A stretch of 63,409 nt of DNA, filler included, from Licmophora abbreviata (lineage: Eukaryota), in NCBI GenBank assembly GCA_900291995.1. It is 11 parts of 11 records of this genome, joined end to end, with 100 filler letters (N's around TTAATTAATTAA, not from the genome) between each part and the next. Parts side by side here need not be neighbours in the genome. Positions count along the whole stretch, not along the records: positions 10,958 to 15,981 come from OLMU01000588.1; positions 16,082 to 20,901 come from OLMU01000590.1; positions 21,002 to 23,508 come from OLMU01000591.1; 8 more parts are not named here. The stretch is one strand, 5' to 3'. Made by a program: the position numbers and the translations under genes. The notes beneath the pieces are model-generated. The model saw only the letters and a list, made by a program, of their open reading frames with translations. It ran no database searches and was not told the origin of the DNA. Shown here piece after piece: positions 11,375 through 23,392 of the stretch (position 1 is its first letter; each line of letters starts with the position of its first letter).

Positions 11375-12397
11375 ATGGGCAAGAAGGGAGAGCACCCGAG
11401 CCTCAGGGGCAAAAAGCCCGTCAACACCGCCAAACGCAAGGCGCCCGTGGCTCGCAATCCATCGCGCATCAAGAACAAATTGAAGCGCAGTGAGATGTAC
11501 GGAAAATACCTACAAGAGAAGAGCAAGCTCAAGAAGGAGCAGCGTGCGCAGCGTCTGAAAGAAGCAGAAGCTCTTGGAGCCGAAGCACCGGCGAAGCCCG
11601 CCCCGCGGACACTGGAGAGCACTCGTGAACTAGAACCAACACTTGTACTGAACGACGCGGAAGTGGCAGCCGACGAAGCCGAGGACGAGTTTGCTCCCTA
11701 CTTTGCCGACACGATGCGGCCAAAGATATTGGTGACGACACGACCTCGACCGTCGCAAAATCTCTTTTACTTTATTGCCGACCTGCAGCGCTTCTTTCCT
11801 CACTTGCACTTTTATCCCCGAAAGAGCTATTCGGTCAAGGAAATATGTACCTTTGCGGCGAATCGGGACTTTACACATCTGATGGTCTTGAGCGAAAAGA
11901 ACAAGGCATGTAATGGGATGACAATATCACACTTGAAACAGCAAGAGGGACACGTGTTAGCAGGACCTACGGCGTTTTTCAAGGTTTCCAATGTCCTAAC
12001 GTCGAAGAACGTACCAAACCATGGTTCGTCGACGAGCCACATTCCCGAGCTTGTCTTGAATGGCTTTGGTACTCGATTGGGACATCGCGTGGGCCGTTTC
12101 CTCGGGAGTCTCTTTCCACACAATGCTCAGTTCCAGGGGCGACAGGTGGCGACATTTCATAACCAGCGCGACTTTATATTTGTTCGGCACCATCGGTACG
12201 TGTTCGAGCCAGGGAAGGAGGCAGACAAGGCTACGAAACAACCCAAGACCAAAGCACGCTTGCAAGAGTTGGGGCCACGCTTTACGTTGAAACTGCGATG
12301 GCTCCAGGAAGGAACCTTCGACACGCAGTTTGGCGAATATGAGTGGTTTCACAAGCGCAAGGAGATGGACACAACGCGACGAAAGTTTCACTTGTAA
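11375..12397 (+). CDS. RPF1: Ribosome production factor 1 (Brix domain)
   Basis: IKNKLKRSEMY, GPTAFFKVS, HIPELVLNGFGTRLGHRVGR, FHNQRDFIFVRHHRY, LQELGPRFTLKL, RRKFHL. Confidence 0.95.
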   Translation: MGKKGEHPSLRGKKPVNTAKRKAPVARNPSRIKNKLKRSEMYGKYLQEKSKLKKEQRAQRLKEAEALGAEAPAKPAPRTLESTRELEPTLVLNDAEVAADEAEDEFAPYFADTMRPKILVTTRPRPSQNLFYFIADLQRFFPHLHFYPRKSYSVKEICTFAANRDFTHLMVLSEKNKACNGMTISHLKQQEGHVLAGPTAFFKVSNVLTSKNVPNHGSSTSHIPELVLNGFGTRLGHRVGRFLGSLFPHNAQFQGRQVATFHNQRDFIFVRHHRYVFEPGKEADKATKQPKTKARLQELGPRFTLKLRWLQEGTFDTQFGEYEWFHKRKEMDTTRRKFHL

Positions 12398-12422
12398 TCA
12401 AATTCAATAACCAGCTTACTGT

Positions 12423-13782
12423 TTATTGCAACGCCTTTTGAGTTGCAAGCCTCTTTTCGTCTTGAGTTGATTCCTGTGCGTTGATATCATCATCAGTCTG
12501 CTTTCCGTACTGTTCTAGGATGGAACTCGGATAGACGTTTGATATGAGCCATATGCCTCTAGTTACCACATCCAGCTCGCTTTTCTCGATAGCGTCCGTA
12601 ACCGCGCCTGCCCGGATACTCTCCGCTTCATCTCGAACCATTGCCTTTTCTTCGCCAAAAAAGTATACTTGGTGCGAGGCCAGCTTGCCTTCGACTGGAT
12701 AGCGAAGCTTGGATCCATCGACAAGAGCCACACATCGTACTGCAACTCGCCACCCAGACGGCAGCGCTTTCTTTATATGTCTCTCGAGATCAAACGTCCA
12801 ATCCCTTTCCGCAGGTACAGAGCGATCGGAACATTGAATTATGATTTGATAGTGACAGTACATTTGAAATCGCTCAGGGGCATGATAGTTGGGAGCACCC
12901 GGGGCCGCAAACACGTACAGGTGCGGATCGCCTCTCATGCGGAACGGCAAGTCTTTGAATCGATACGCAGACGTAACGTAATCCATCTACGAGATCCATG
13001 TCGCAATATAGTCAGATAAACGATAGAAGGATACCAACTTCATCGCATACCCACAGGTTTCAGTCTCATCATGTCCTTAACTCACTTTGAACGGCACCAC
13101 ATCGACCAAGAGTAGGTCATGTTCCGCGGCGTACTGTGCTGGCTTCCAGCTTTGTTTCCAGGTTGCTAGATTTCGAGCAAAAGCACCGCCTTGTCTCTCC
13201 ATCAGCGCTACATGCACCTGTCCTCCGGAGATCAGCACCCGTGTGCAAGACGCAAAGAACTTGTTGAGGAGTCTCCTACGGCAGGTTTGATGAAGCGAGT
13301 GCAGCGATGTCATCTGTAATGAGACAGCATAAAAGATTGCCTCTCGCAATACGAGTTCGACAAACCACGCCTTACCGATTTCGAGCGATATTCATTTTGC
13401 CCCTGCAGTGAGGAAAGTTGAATTGAATCCGATCAAAAGGTCCACCCAGATCCTCGTATGATTCAAGTTTGGTAGCATCCGTGTCGAAACGCACAGTATG
13501 CCCGCACCGCTCAATATGTCGGACATTGCTCTCTGAGTTTCCGAATACTAAAAGTGCGAAGCGAGCAGAAGCATTTACTATGTTGAGACAAGGCGGCAGT
13601 CTGCACATGAGTGCTGTTCATCGGCTCGTACCGTGTCCATGATTCTCGCGAGTCTCCAGAACCGATACAGTGAGCTGTACACCTCTCCCAGCCATTTCCT
13701 CGCCGATCGACGCTCCATACGAAAGATCCCCGTCACCGCACACGAGAACCTTCTTTTCGGTGGCACTGCTGCAGTAGGACAT
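12423..13782 (-). CDS. BMT5/DUF2431-like rRNA uridine-N3 methyltransferase domain protein (FDXACB1-like), about 4 exons
   Basis: Exon 1 is not in the ORF track and reads MSYCSSATEKKVLVCGDGDLSYG. Exon 2 reads DTDATKL..FDRIQFNFPH..NIARNR and exon 3 LLNKFFAS..GQVHVAL..SW. GT-AG introns near 13548-13631, 13278-13375 and 12987-13085. Confidence 0.8.
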
Positions 13783-14204
13783 GGCACGCTCGACGTGGTC
13801 GTCGCGATTCTAATAGGACGGGTGGATGAATCAACACAAGGCGCGGATGTCGCATCGTCACACACAGCTCACACATCTCACACATCAGGTTCGCGTGATG
13901 CGCGCGGTCGCACATCCATTGAACGCCGCGGTGTGACACTGTGACACTGTGATGATGCCGATGATGCTGATGATGCTGATGCCAATCGATGCAGTGTGCT
14001 GACTGCCCGTGTTACTCTTAAAAAAGGATGCATAGGATGATCACCATGGCAATTATCTGAAGAAGAGATGGTATGATTTTACAGCAGATCGTAAAATTTC
14101 AGTGGAAAGCAAGACGGAAACTCAATTCGAGCGGCCTCAGTTATGGACGTCAGACCCCAGTCGGCGACACCGCTCAACTGGTCCTACGTAGATTCGCAAA
14201 CATT

Positions 14205-15053
14205 ATGATCTCAACAACTGTCAACTTCGTTTTGATCTACTGTGTCTGGATGGTTATCCTTGCAGCGCTGGGCATAAATGGCCTCGCTACTCCGGAACCG
14301 ACGATACACTTTCGGCCCGTCCGACTGTCGCTGCATCAAGTGTCACAGTCCTATCCTAATTCCTTGGCGAGAACTCTATTTTCCTCTACACCGAGAAGGC
14401 AATTCGCGATTCGGAATATTACGTTCGAGGTCGAGTCTGAGCTCCTATTGCTGCTTGGCGATTCGTCCTCAGGCAAGTCGACCATCCTGCGCCTCGTCTC
14501 GGGCTCGGAAGCGCCTGTCGAAGGAACCATCACGCGGACGCCTCCGTTGGTCAAGCCCGTCTATCTAGATCGGAAGCCACCACTGAGTAGCTCAATGTCA
14601 GTTGGCGCGTTACTGAGAAAACAAGGGAGAATGAGTGTGCCCGGGAAAGTGGTTGATTCAGGTGTCGCGGAAGCCGTACTCCGCGAGCTTTGCACTGCGA
14701 TCGGTATGGGCGAAGCTGAGCTTGAAAGGAAGCCACCTCAACTATCCCCATCCGAAGTGTTCCGTTTTGGTCTAGTAGGCGCATGCTTGGAGAGCATCCT
14801 GCCGTCTTTGGTGGGTCAGACAGTGGAAGACGTCATGCAATCCGGAGTACCTGGCCCGCTTCTTTTGCTGGACGAATGGATGGACACTGAGACATCATCA
14901 ACAACGCAGCGTGTAGAACATACGTTTACTCAGTTGTCATCGCTGGGGGCGGTGATATTATGCGCTACTCACAGGCCTAACCATTTAGCTCGAGGCTATC
15001 GCTCCATCACCCTTTGTCGAGGCAATATTCTATCAACGAGGCGGTACACGTGA
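14205..15053 (+). CDS. Stand-alone ABC-type ATPase domain with N-terminal hydrophobic/signal segment
   Basis: Walker A GDSSSGKST, deviant signature LSPSE, Walker B LLLLDE, H-loop ATH. Start uncertain (14073 or 14205). Confidence 0.7.
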   Translation: MISTTVNFVLIYCVWMVILAALGINGLATPEPTIHFRPVRLSLHQVSQSYPNSLARTLFSSTPRRQFAIRNITFEVESELLLLLGDSSSGKSTILRLVSGSEAPVEGTITRTPPLVKPVYLDRKPPLSSSMSVGALLRKQGRMSVPGKVVDSGVAEAVLRELCTAIGMGEAELERKPPQLSPSEVFRFGLVGACLESILPSLVGQTVEDVMQSGVPGPLLLLDEWMDTETSSTTQRVEHTFTQLSSLGAVILCATHRPNHLARGYRSITLCRGNILSTRRYT

Positions 15054-15438
15054 TCTACATACTTGCGAATATAAATAATTTTGGCGTGTTTATAACTCTT
15101 TGAGCATGGGCACGTGATCTTGCATAAGTAAAACTGTAAGCACCTCAGAGCGCAGCTGAAGATTATAAGTTGACGAGGCTCTTGTGATACCTGCCATCTT
15201 TATTTTTTATACACTTTGTAATACAAAAACATCGCACGAAGTGAATAGTGTTTTTATCCATATATATTGATGTGAAGGTTTGAAATGTCGAGGTGAGCAA
15301 GACTAACAGAAGAGTGAGAGTGCAATCCTTTGTGATTGTGTCACGTGTTCTCTCACCCCTACCGCGGTTTTCTGATAGATCTTCACACAAACTTCAATAC
15401 CGTTTGAAGAGTACAACCAAAAGAGGTCAACCATTGCG

Positions 15439-15981
15439 ATGAGACTTCACTTGATACTCTTTGCTCCACTTCTCGTGGCATGTGGAGTAGCAGGCGACCG
15501 TGAAAGTCGGTACTCGTCCCGCCCGCTTCTCGATGTCGGAGACGTTGAAGAGTATGAGCAGCGGGATGAGAAGGCGCAGCTGGAGATCAATCTTCTCGAC
15601 GAGGACGATCACAAGAAGAGGCTGCTCCGAAAGAGAGCCAACCGGCCAGCGATTGCTAAGAAACTAAGAGGAAGGAAAGGCAAGAGCAAGACTCCAGGAC
15701 CCGGCGGTAAAGCGAAGGGCTCCAAAGGCAGCAAGGGCGGACATCCTGGACCTGGCGGCAAAAGCAAGGGCTCCAAGGGTGGCAAGAGTAAATCTCCAGG
15801 CCCCGGCGGCAAATCCAAGGGCTCCAAAGGCAGCAAGGGCGGACATCCTGGACCTGGCGGCAAGAGCAAATCTCCAGGCCCCGGCGGTAAATCCAAGGGC
15901 TCAAAGGGCAGCAAGGGCGGACATCCTGGACCTGGCGGCAAGAGTAAATCTCCAGGCCCCGGCGGTAAAGCGAAGGGCTCC
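15439..15981 (+). CDS. Secreted Lys/Gly/Ser/Pro tandem-repeat protein (silaffin-like layout), 3' end lost in gap
   Basis: Signal peptide MRLHLILFAPLLVACGVAG, acidic pro-region, KRLL/KKLR basic sites, then PGPGGKSKGSKGSKGGH repeats running into the Ns. Confidence 0.75.
15682..15981 (+). repeat. Coding tandem repeat, main unit 78 bp (26 aa: SPGPGGKSKGSKGSKGGHPGPGGKSK)
   Basis: GGACATCCTGGACCTGGCGGC occurs three times and TCTCCAGGCCCCGGCGG three times; the array is cut by the assembly gap. Confidence 0.92.
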
Positions 15982-16114
15982 NNNNNNNNNNNNNNNNNNN
16001 NNNNNNNNNNNNNNNNNNNNNNNNNTTAATTAATTAANNNNNNNNNNNNNNNNNNNNNNNNNNNNNNNNNNNNNNNNNNNNTCGAATAAATATACAGATA
16101 TGCCGCTTTCAACG

Positions 16115-18803
16115 TCATAAAGATCCCGACAGCAGTGACGGTAGTCCATTCTTGACAGTCGATCGGATGGCGGAAGCAAAAGAAGACCGTCGCAGCTTGC
16201 GTGGTAAACCCTCGTCCTCCTCTTCATCGCTTTCATCGGGATCGCTCTCGTCCTGACCTTCCTCTTCCGCAAGTCCGTCATTTTCTTCCAATTGCCGCTG
16301 GGCGAGGTATCGGACTTGGCGCGAGGCTGGCCCAGCCCCAAGGACTCGCCTTATTGCGTCACCCTTGGCACCCTTTCCTAGCTCGTTATGAAACCACGCT
16401 ATGCGTTCGTCCAGCTTGCTCAGCCCGAGACGCTCCCTCTCCCTTGCTTCCTTATGTGTAATGGCTGACGCGTGAATAAAACGTTCGGTAGCTGCCTCCC
16501 AGGTAAACTCACGAGCAAGCTCCGGAGTCAGCGGTTCAGGTTCATGGGTGAGTGCCCATTGGAGATTGGCTACAAACTCGAACTTATTTCGATATGCGAG
16601 GCAGTTGGGGAATCGGAGAAAGAATGTATTTGATGGATGAATTGGGATAATGGCGAACTTGCCCATCGCTGTGGAGGCGTGTGACCGCAAAAAGAAGCGC
16701 ATTAGGAAAAGCTACAAGTCGCGAAAGATGGCACGTTCACAAAGCAAAAGCGAAGAGCAATTCGTTGCACGTACCTAAAGCTTCGGCAGTGGTAGTGCAC
16801 AACACTTCGGTGATGGATGGATTGATAAACACTTTGAAATTCTCCTTGAGGAGCGCGTGGTCAATACGTCCAGGAAATCTAGCAGGAATTGGTTGTCGTC
16901 GATACTCGTGCAAGGTCTTAGGGAACTCAAAGTCTTCAAGCGAATTTGTCGTTGCCTTGATCGTTTTCTTGATCTTTTGTAGTTTCCCTCGGGCTCTGGC
17001 TTGCAATGCGTCAACAGTTGAAGCCGCCGTAGTCTCGTTCTCGTCGACACTCGACGATGGCTGTTCGTCGAAAAGCTCTTCGAAGTCATCGCCCTCCGGC
17101 GATTCCATGCTGGTCGAGGTCCCAAGAATGTGAATAGACGAGGTTCCGTCGCCGGTGTACTGATCAGCATCTGGACTTTCGCCCCCATTACTCTGTTTCC
17201 TTCCATGAAAGGCCCGCATGATTTCCTTATGTTCCGGTCCGCTTCCATAGATATCAATCGCAAAGTATTCACCGGTACATTGTCGGTAATACTCTTCCAA
17301 CTCCAGCATGATGTCTAGCCCCTTAGCCCATAATGTCTTACCGATGAAGTAAACTCCGTTCCTATTGCTGCCGCGACGACTAACGTCTCCGGCAACTGCT
17401 AGACTTTGCGCTTCCTCGGACCGTCGAAGACCCTCCTTCAAAAACTCAGAACGGACTCCATGCACGTTCGACGTTTCTTCCTTCTCGGGAGCAAAGGTCT
17501 GTAGAACGTCTGAAAGCTTGATAACCTTGTGACAGTACGCACGGACCATGGCCGAGCTTATGACTTGGATTGCAGGAGCCGTCCACAGGCCTGAGTAATG
17601 GGCACTGGCATACTCTTTGTAATTGGTATGAACGATGCCGATGACATACTGGAACTTTTTCGTCCAGCTATCACCAGGCGCGCGATAAAAGTTCAGATGC
17701 TCTGGTTCTTCTAGTAAGCAAATGTCTGGGGGGAATCAAGAGTTCAGTCATTTTGCCGGAACAACGCGTTGCAAAACTCATACCCTTCGCATCCACGTAC
17801 CTGCTTCTTCGTCCGGAACTAAGTCTAGTATGTTGCCCATGGCGAATATCGACACCAGCCCGGAGTGATACCGCGCCGGATAGAAGCTACTCAAGAACAT
17901 GAACACAGAAAGGTCAGAAAACTTCGACATCGCCTTGCGCCGCACAGAGGAAAATCTCACGTACCGAATTCTGAGTCCACTATCCGGGTCTGCGACGTCC
18001 CCCATATCCGCCTCGTCCCGAAGCCATGTACGGATGAATGCTTCTTGTTCTTCTTCCCCAGTAAATGCCTTTCCATACAGCTCCTCCTGATCTTCCTCGA
18101 GTTCCAACCACGGAACCACCAGCGTGACCCATTGCTGTATCCGGGAAGAAGACGTCGTGCCATTGGCCGCACAGGGCGTATTGTCATTGAGTTCTCTTGT
18201 GTACCGAACGAGATTTGCTGCTCTCAAGAGAGGATTGACGGCCGTTCCTGTCATCCATGGCAACGCTGCTGTCGTAACAACGTTGATATGCCGACCTGGG
18301 AAGGTCAAGTCGCTTTGGTGCGTAATAGCGTCGTCGTCTTCCTCCACATCGCTATCCTCGGCAAGCGTAGCATCCTTTTCTCGTTCCAGCAGGGCGGAAC
18401 TGACAAGCGAAATACGATCCAAGAACTCGCGTTTTGCCAGCGAGAGAGAAGTCTCATTCGAATCCCTTCCTGACGAAAAGACCTTCAATCTTCGTTTCTT
18501 TCGCCATTGTGTTGTCGTGGGGCCTTTTTGAGTCTCGTCGACGCCGTCCGAGTCCGCGGTCGATTGCGGAGCCAACAGTAGCTCCGTGGCATTTTCAGAC
18601 CTCTGCATTCCATCTGGATCGAGGACTGTAATATTTTTCGAACTCCCTCCTCGCACCCGAAGCAGGGCAGAAAGAGTTGTCTCTGCAGCAAAGACCGAAG
18701 TCGTCCAGTCGTCGTTCGACGCCGCCAACATTCCAAATCGCGACACGCAAACAACAACCCAGAACACGGCTCTACTCGCGAAATATCGATGCAAACACCT
18801 CAT
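16115..18803 (-). CDS. DGD1: Digalactosyldiacylglycerol synthase (GT4), multi-exon
   Basis: VVTTAALPWMTGTAVNPLLRAA, AYCHKVIKLS, NVHGV, YFIGKTLWAKG, FINPSITEVLCTTTAEALAMGKF, HPSNTFF, TWEAATERF. N-terminal signal-like segment followed by RGG. Confidence 0.92.
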
Positions 18804-19350
18804 GCTGACTTAAATAAGCTTAATTCAAGAGCAATGAACCGTGTCCATCGAGCGCTGATCTCTCACACATGGCATGATTCTCAAGAGAACGCAATCGCCA
18901 ATCTCATTCCCGTAACGTTGCTTAAAGGCACACAAGCGAGTACTAGTAGGTTCCTAGTATTAGCACACGAGAGAACAAAGTTCCAGCTGGGCGATGTCAG
19001 AAATTCTGACTCGCTCGACTCACGATAAAGAGACGAGAAATGACCCTTCGCGCGGGCACCGCTCGTTGCCAAACCCCAAACAACCTCAACGAGTTTTGAA
19101 TGAATTTTCCCGCCACGCAAAACTGATGCATGATGCTAGTGAGAAGGACAGAAGGCGTGCAGGACTCTGCAGGAGCGGCAAATGCCGAAATAGAAAGAGT
19201 GGGACATGAAACTGCAAAAGCCTCTCTAGAGCATTGATAAATTAACATGCTGGAAGTCAGCCATGATCAACACTGTAGAAGTATACTATTCTTCTGCGTC
19301 AACGACTAGAGAGTAGATCATAGTACTTCAGAAAAGTGCAGACAAGCCTA

Positions 19351-21281
19351 TCAAGACATCCGATCCACTTTCGCTCGCAGAATCCCCGCAAATACGTCAT
19401 GCTCTTCAAAGAGCGACTTTGGCTCGACGAACGTGACTGGCGTATTGAGCCTGCGCCGCTTAGCAGAACGCTCCTGGTCAAACAACGACTTGTACGTGTA
19501 TCGCACAAAGTCTTCCATTTTGTGCAGCGGGCCATTTTCGGTACCTACCGACCGGGCCAGAGTCGCGACCGCAGAATAGTAATGCTTCGATAAGGTTGAC
19601 AACTCCCACAACGAGGATTCGAGAGCTATCATACCAGCACAGTCAAAGAGAAACAATATGATGAGTTTTCAATATTGCAATCATGCGAAATGTCCCGTTT
19701 TCAAAGACATACCTCTCGCTTCGGTGGGATCCAGTGTATTGGAATCAAACGGATCTTGCTCCACGGTGCCATCCCGATGAATCAGACAGGCACATTCGGG
19801 ATGCTTCCTCAACAAGTTGCTGGCGAGAGCCAAGCAAAACAAAGCCGCCGAGGGCGGGGCACTCAGGGCACTTCGTACGAGTCGCTTGACAAAGGCCGCC
19901 ACAATGTGCGATGGCAGCATCTCGTTGCGCATCAAACACTTGCTCAATAGCTCAAAATAGCGCACACGATACTTGGCGTACAAGAGCGAGGGCCTTGACA
20001 CCAATGCGTAGAGAGATGTGTAGAACATGGGAAATTCGAGTCCGTGCTGCGTCATGAGCACGAAGAGTCCGTCCAACGCCAGCAACGACACAATACCGCT
20101 GTCGGATTGATAGGCCTGTGTAAAGAAGTCTGAAAACCTTAACGGAGTATTCACCTTGGGCAGTAAAAGTGAGGCAGTAGCTGCAACGCCTGCTTGAGCG
20201 CAGTGCGGGGCAGCGGCAGCTTCAATACGGACAGCCACGCTTCTTGCAACGCCTTCCTGCGAGCCTGTCTCTGTGCGAATGCAAACGATGATTTCTTTTT
20301 GGTGGGGGATGAAACGGGCATCGGATCTGAGGAGTCGTCCTCCTCTTCGCTGTCTGACACACTGCTGGCGTCGTCTTCGTCCGACAATGACGCTGACGTG
20401 TCAGGGTCGACTTCTAGTACGTCCTCATCGACAACGGGGGGAAACAGGTACCGCTGAGAGTCGTCTAGTTCACTCTGGCTTACCGACACAGGGATCACGA
20501 GCAGAAGTTGAAAAATGTATTCGGAGCTTTCTTGTTGCGCTTGAGTAAACGTGCCATCATTGCGCTTCTTCGTTTCCAAGTGGCGATACAGCTCCTTGGC
20601 CAAACGGGACACGCAGACCCAGCCATAGTACTGGACATCGCAATGCGGTTCGAAAAACTCTTGCTGCACCATGTTGTGTATAGTCTTATTCTGCAGAATG
20701 TCGAATGTAGGAGTCACAAGTGTCTTAAGAAACAAGTACAGCAGTTCGACATTGACATGGTGGTGGCTCCCGTTGGCGCTGGACTCTGGTGAAGCCGCTA
20801 TCAGACCCCAGAAACACCGCACAGCAGTGGGCTTTAGTTGTTTCACTCGTTCGCAAAGCTGTGCTACAGCACGTTTGTGACACGACTGCAAAAATCTGTC
20901 CNNNNNNNNNNNNNNNNNNNNNNNNNNNNNNNNNNNNNNNNNNNNTTAATTAATTAANNNNNNNNNNNNNNNNNNNNNNNNNNNNNNNNNNNNNNNNNNN
21001 NAAAGCTGTGCTACAGCACGTTTGTGACACGACTGCAAAAATCTGTCCCATTTGTGAGATGCCGAAGAAGCTCCGCCGTGGCGTTGGATGGATGCTGTCG
21101 TGCTCCAACGCAGCTCGCCATTGGCAGCGAGACGCGCCAAGAGGCGTCGTATCTCGTCGAGTCTCGCGGCATCGGCTCGATCGTCAGGCAGTTCTATGAG
21201 CAGAGACTTGAGTTTCTGTGCTGTATGTTTTGGCGAGGTTGAGGACGAGACGTCTCTCGAGGACGACGCGGTGTCCGTCAT
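19351..21281 (-). CDS. NOC4: Nucleolar complex protein 4 (CBF/Mak21 domain); spans a gap, one frameshift at about 20166, intron 19626-19712
   Basis: DFFTQAY..GIVSLLALDGLFVLM..GLEFPMFYTSLYAL, LPSHIVAAFVKRL, ALESSLWEL..L.KHY. Confidence 0.88.
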
Positions 21282-21657
21282 GGTGGTTTCTGTTTGTTGA
21301 GTGTTGATGCCTTTTTTTGCCGCCAAAGTTTGGAATCGAATCGGATGGCTGTGCGATGTGCGGCAGGCCGGAGTCAGCCGTTCGACGGACAGACTCACTC
21401 AGAACAATACTAAAGCTCTCATAGGTATATACTCAAATATTGTACGTACGATAGCAAGTTGATAGGGAGACTGCTACACATCATTAAAGAGTGGATGGAC
21501 TCTAATAGATGTCCTCACTACGCCGCTAGATGGTACGTGAAGAGGGTGGGCAAGACTGTGTCTAATGTCTATAAGCTGGTCGCCCTTGTGCATATAGCGA
21601 ACCCCAGGAGCGAAATAAGATACATGTATTCGAGACAAAATGTAAACACCGTGCCTG

Positions 21658-23031
21658 TCACTTCCGACAGGAAACGGTGTTGACTTCCACCAGCTTGAAT
21701 TTACCCATCATATTGCGGATGGTCAGATCGCAGTATTCTCTATCATCGGGCATTTCGATAGACACCTGAGAAAGCATCGACACATTGACAGGAAGCATCG
21801 ACACCATTCTCGTGGAATTGCCATCGCAGACGATCGCTTCAGCTGATCCCCATTCTTCTGCGTAGCTGCGCAGATGAGTTATAAAAACTACATTCTTCCT
21901 CCCAGCTTTCGGAAAAAGGCGAAAGTTAATAGTAGCATTCGCAGCATCCGTAATGTAAGCAAATTTTTCCGATACATCTGCGTAATAAGACCACATGTTT
22001 GCGTTGAGTGGGGCCGCTTCGAGGGTCCCAGTGAAAGAGGAAGCTTCGTATACTTTCTCGCACTGAAGGGTTTCGCCATCGAAGACTGGGTCCCGATCTT
22101 CGGGCCTCAGCCAGTCTGCCATGTCAATGGTTGAAACGCTTTCCTGAAGCCAGTTGTGGTAGAAGAGGCAAGCGAACTGTTCGTGCCAGAATTCCTTTGG
22201 ATGCAGTGATCTGGCGGGCAGTAGAGGTTTTAGTTTCGTCTGGAAATCTGGTGCATTCCAGAATGCCTTTCTGGCGGAAATGATAGGCAGATCGTATACG
22301 TGAGCAACTGGAGCGTGCAACAACTCGGCATGCGGTACTGGTTTGTGAGTTCCAAAGCCTTCAAATAAAATCACAGCAGGCTGCCTTGGCAGCGCGAGAG
22401 TCGTTCGGACGAGCGTTTCAATCTGCTGATTGAGCAACTCGACGCTTCCGTTGTAAAACTGGTCGAGGTACGCGTCATTCGCTGTGTAATGAAAAATGTA
22501 AATGTCAAAGTCATGGTCCAGTTGCATGACTAACGTGGTCCCCACCGCGGAGGAAGTCATGCCTCGAGCGAAATTATGGACTTGGACATTGGTGAAGCCA
22601 TGCTCCCAAAGGAGATCTTCAAAGTGCTTTGGCCACGCACATGGTAAGTTGGGGACATTTCCTTGACGAGGAACACACTGGTGTCCAGCAGGGACAGAAC
22701 CACCTAGGACGGCAATCTTGGTTGTATTTCGGTGAATAGCGCGATGCCATCTTTCCACATTGCCCATAGTGCGACTCATGGAAACCATGGCTGGGGTGAC
22801 TTGGTCGCAGGCAGCCAAAGACAGCGGTCGTGCTGGACCTTGTTGTGGTTTCTGCTGTCGTTGTCTCAAGGATTCCACTGCCATCAGATCCTTCGGATCA
22901 GAAAACCATGAAAAGTGAATTAGGAAGACATAAATTGCCCCGACAGCTACTACAGTCATGAGAGAAAGCTGCCATATTTGAAGAAAAGGTTTTCTTGGGT
23001 GGTTCGTCGTTGTAGTACCGGTATTAGTCAT
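21658..23031 (-). CDS. SGNH/GDSL-like hydrolase or acetyltransferase, type II membrane anchored, intronless
   Basis: Block I IAVLGGSVPAG, block II N.ARGMTSS, block III YTAND, block V SLHP; N-terminal TM helix. Confidence 0.7.
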   Translation of the reverse strand: MTNTGTTTTNHPRKPFLQIWQLSLMTVVAVGAIYVFLIHFSWFSDPKDLMAVESLRQRQQKPQQGPARPLSLAACDQVTPAMVSMSRTMGNVERWHRAIHRNTTKIAVLGGSVPAGHQCVPRQGNVPNLPCAWPKHFEDLLWEHGFTNVQVHNFARGMTSSAVGTTLVMQLDHDFDIYIFHYTANDAYLDQFYNGSVELLNQQIETLVRTTLALPRQPAVILFEGFGTHKPVPHAELLHAPVAHVYDLPIISARKAFWNAPDFQTKLKPLLPARSLHPKEFWHEQFACLFYHNWLQESVSTIDMADWLRPEDRDPVFDGETLQCEKVYEASSFTGTLEAAPLNANMWSYYADVSEKFAYITDAANATINFRLFPKAGRKNVVFITHLRSYAEEWGSAEAIVCDGNSTRMVSMLPVNVSMLSQVSIEMPDDREYCDLTIRNMMGKFKLVEVNTVSCRK

Positions 23032-23392
23032 GCTGATTCTCACTGCTTCTTGAAATAGTATTAGCTGATTTCGACTCTCTTGTTTGTGTGCGTCGATCGT
23101 TTTTGATGACCCTCGATCTTCCTGTTCCTCCCAAGGCTGCTGTTACTATTTACTGACATTAGTTTCAGTGTATAATGGCGGAATCGGAACGAACTTGGGA
23201 CGCCGGCGGTTGGCCTTTTCATCCTCTCACTGCAACAAGCACCAGATGAAAAAGAGAAAAAAGAAAAAAGACCCCGCGGCGGCGCGAGCCGACAAAACGG
23301 CGAGTGACGGACGGACTATACGATCAGTCATCGCCATTCACATTTTGTCTTTTGTCTTCCTTAATTTCTGAATTTCCGGCAACATCATCACC

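Noticed and set aside
13931..13983. GTGACACT and GATGCT short tandem repeats
   Set aside because: Ordinary intergenic microsatellite-like sequence with no further support.
20855..21048. 47-bp direct repeat flanking a gap inside NOC4
   Set aside because: Unmerged overlapping contig ends; collapsing it restores the reading frame.
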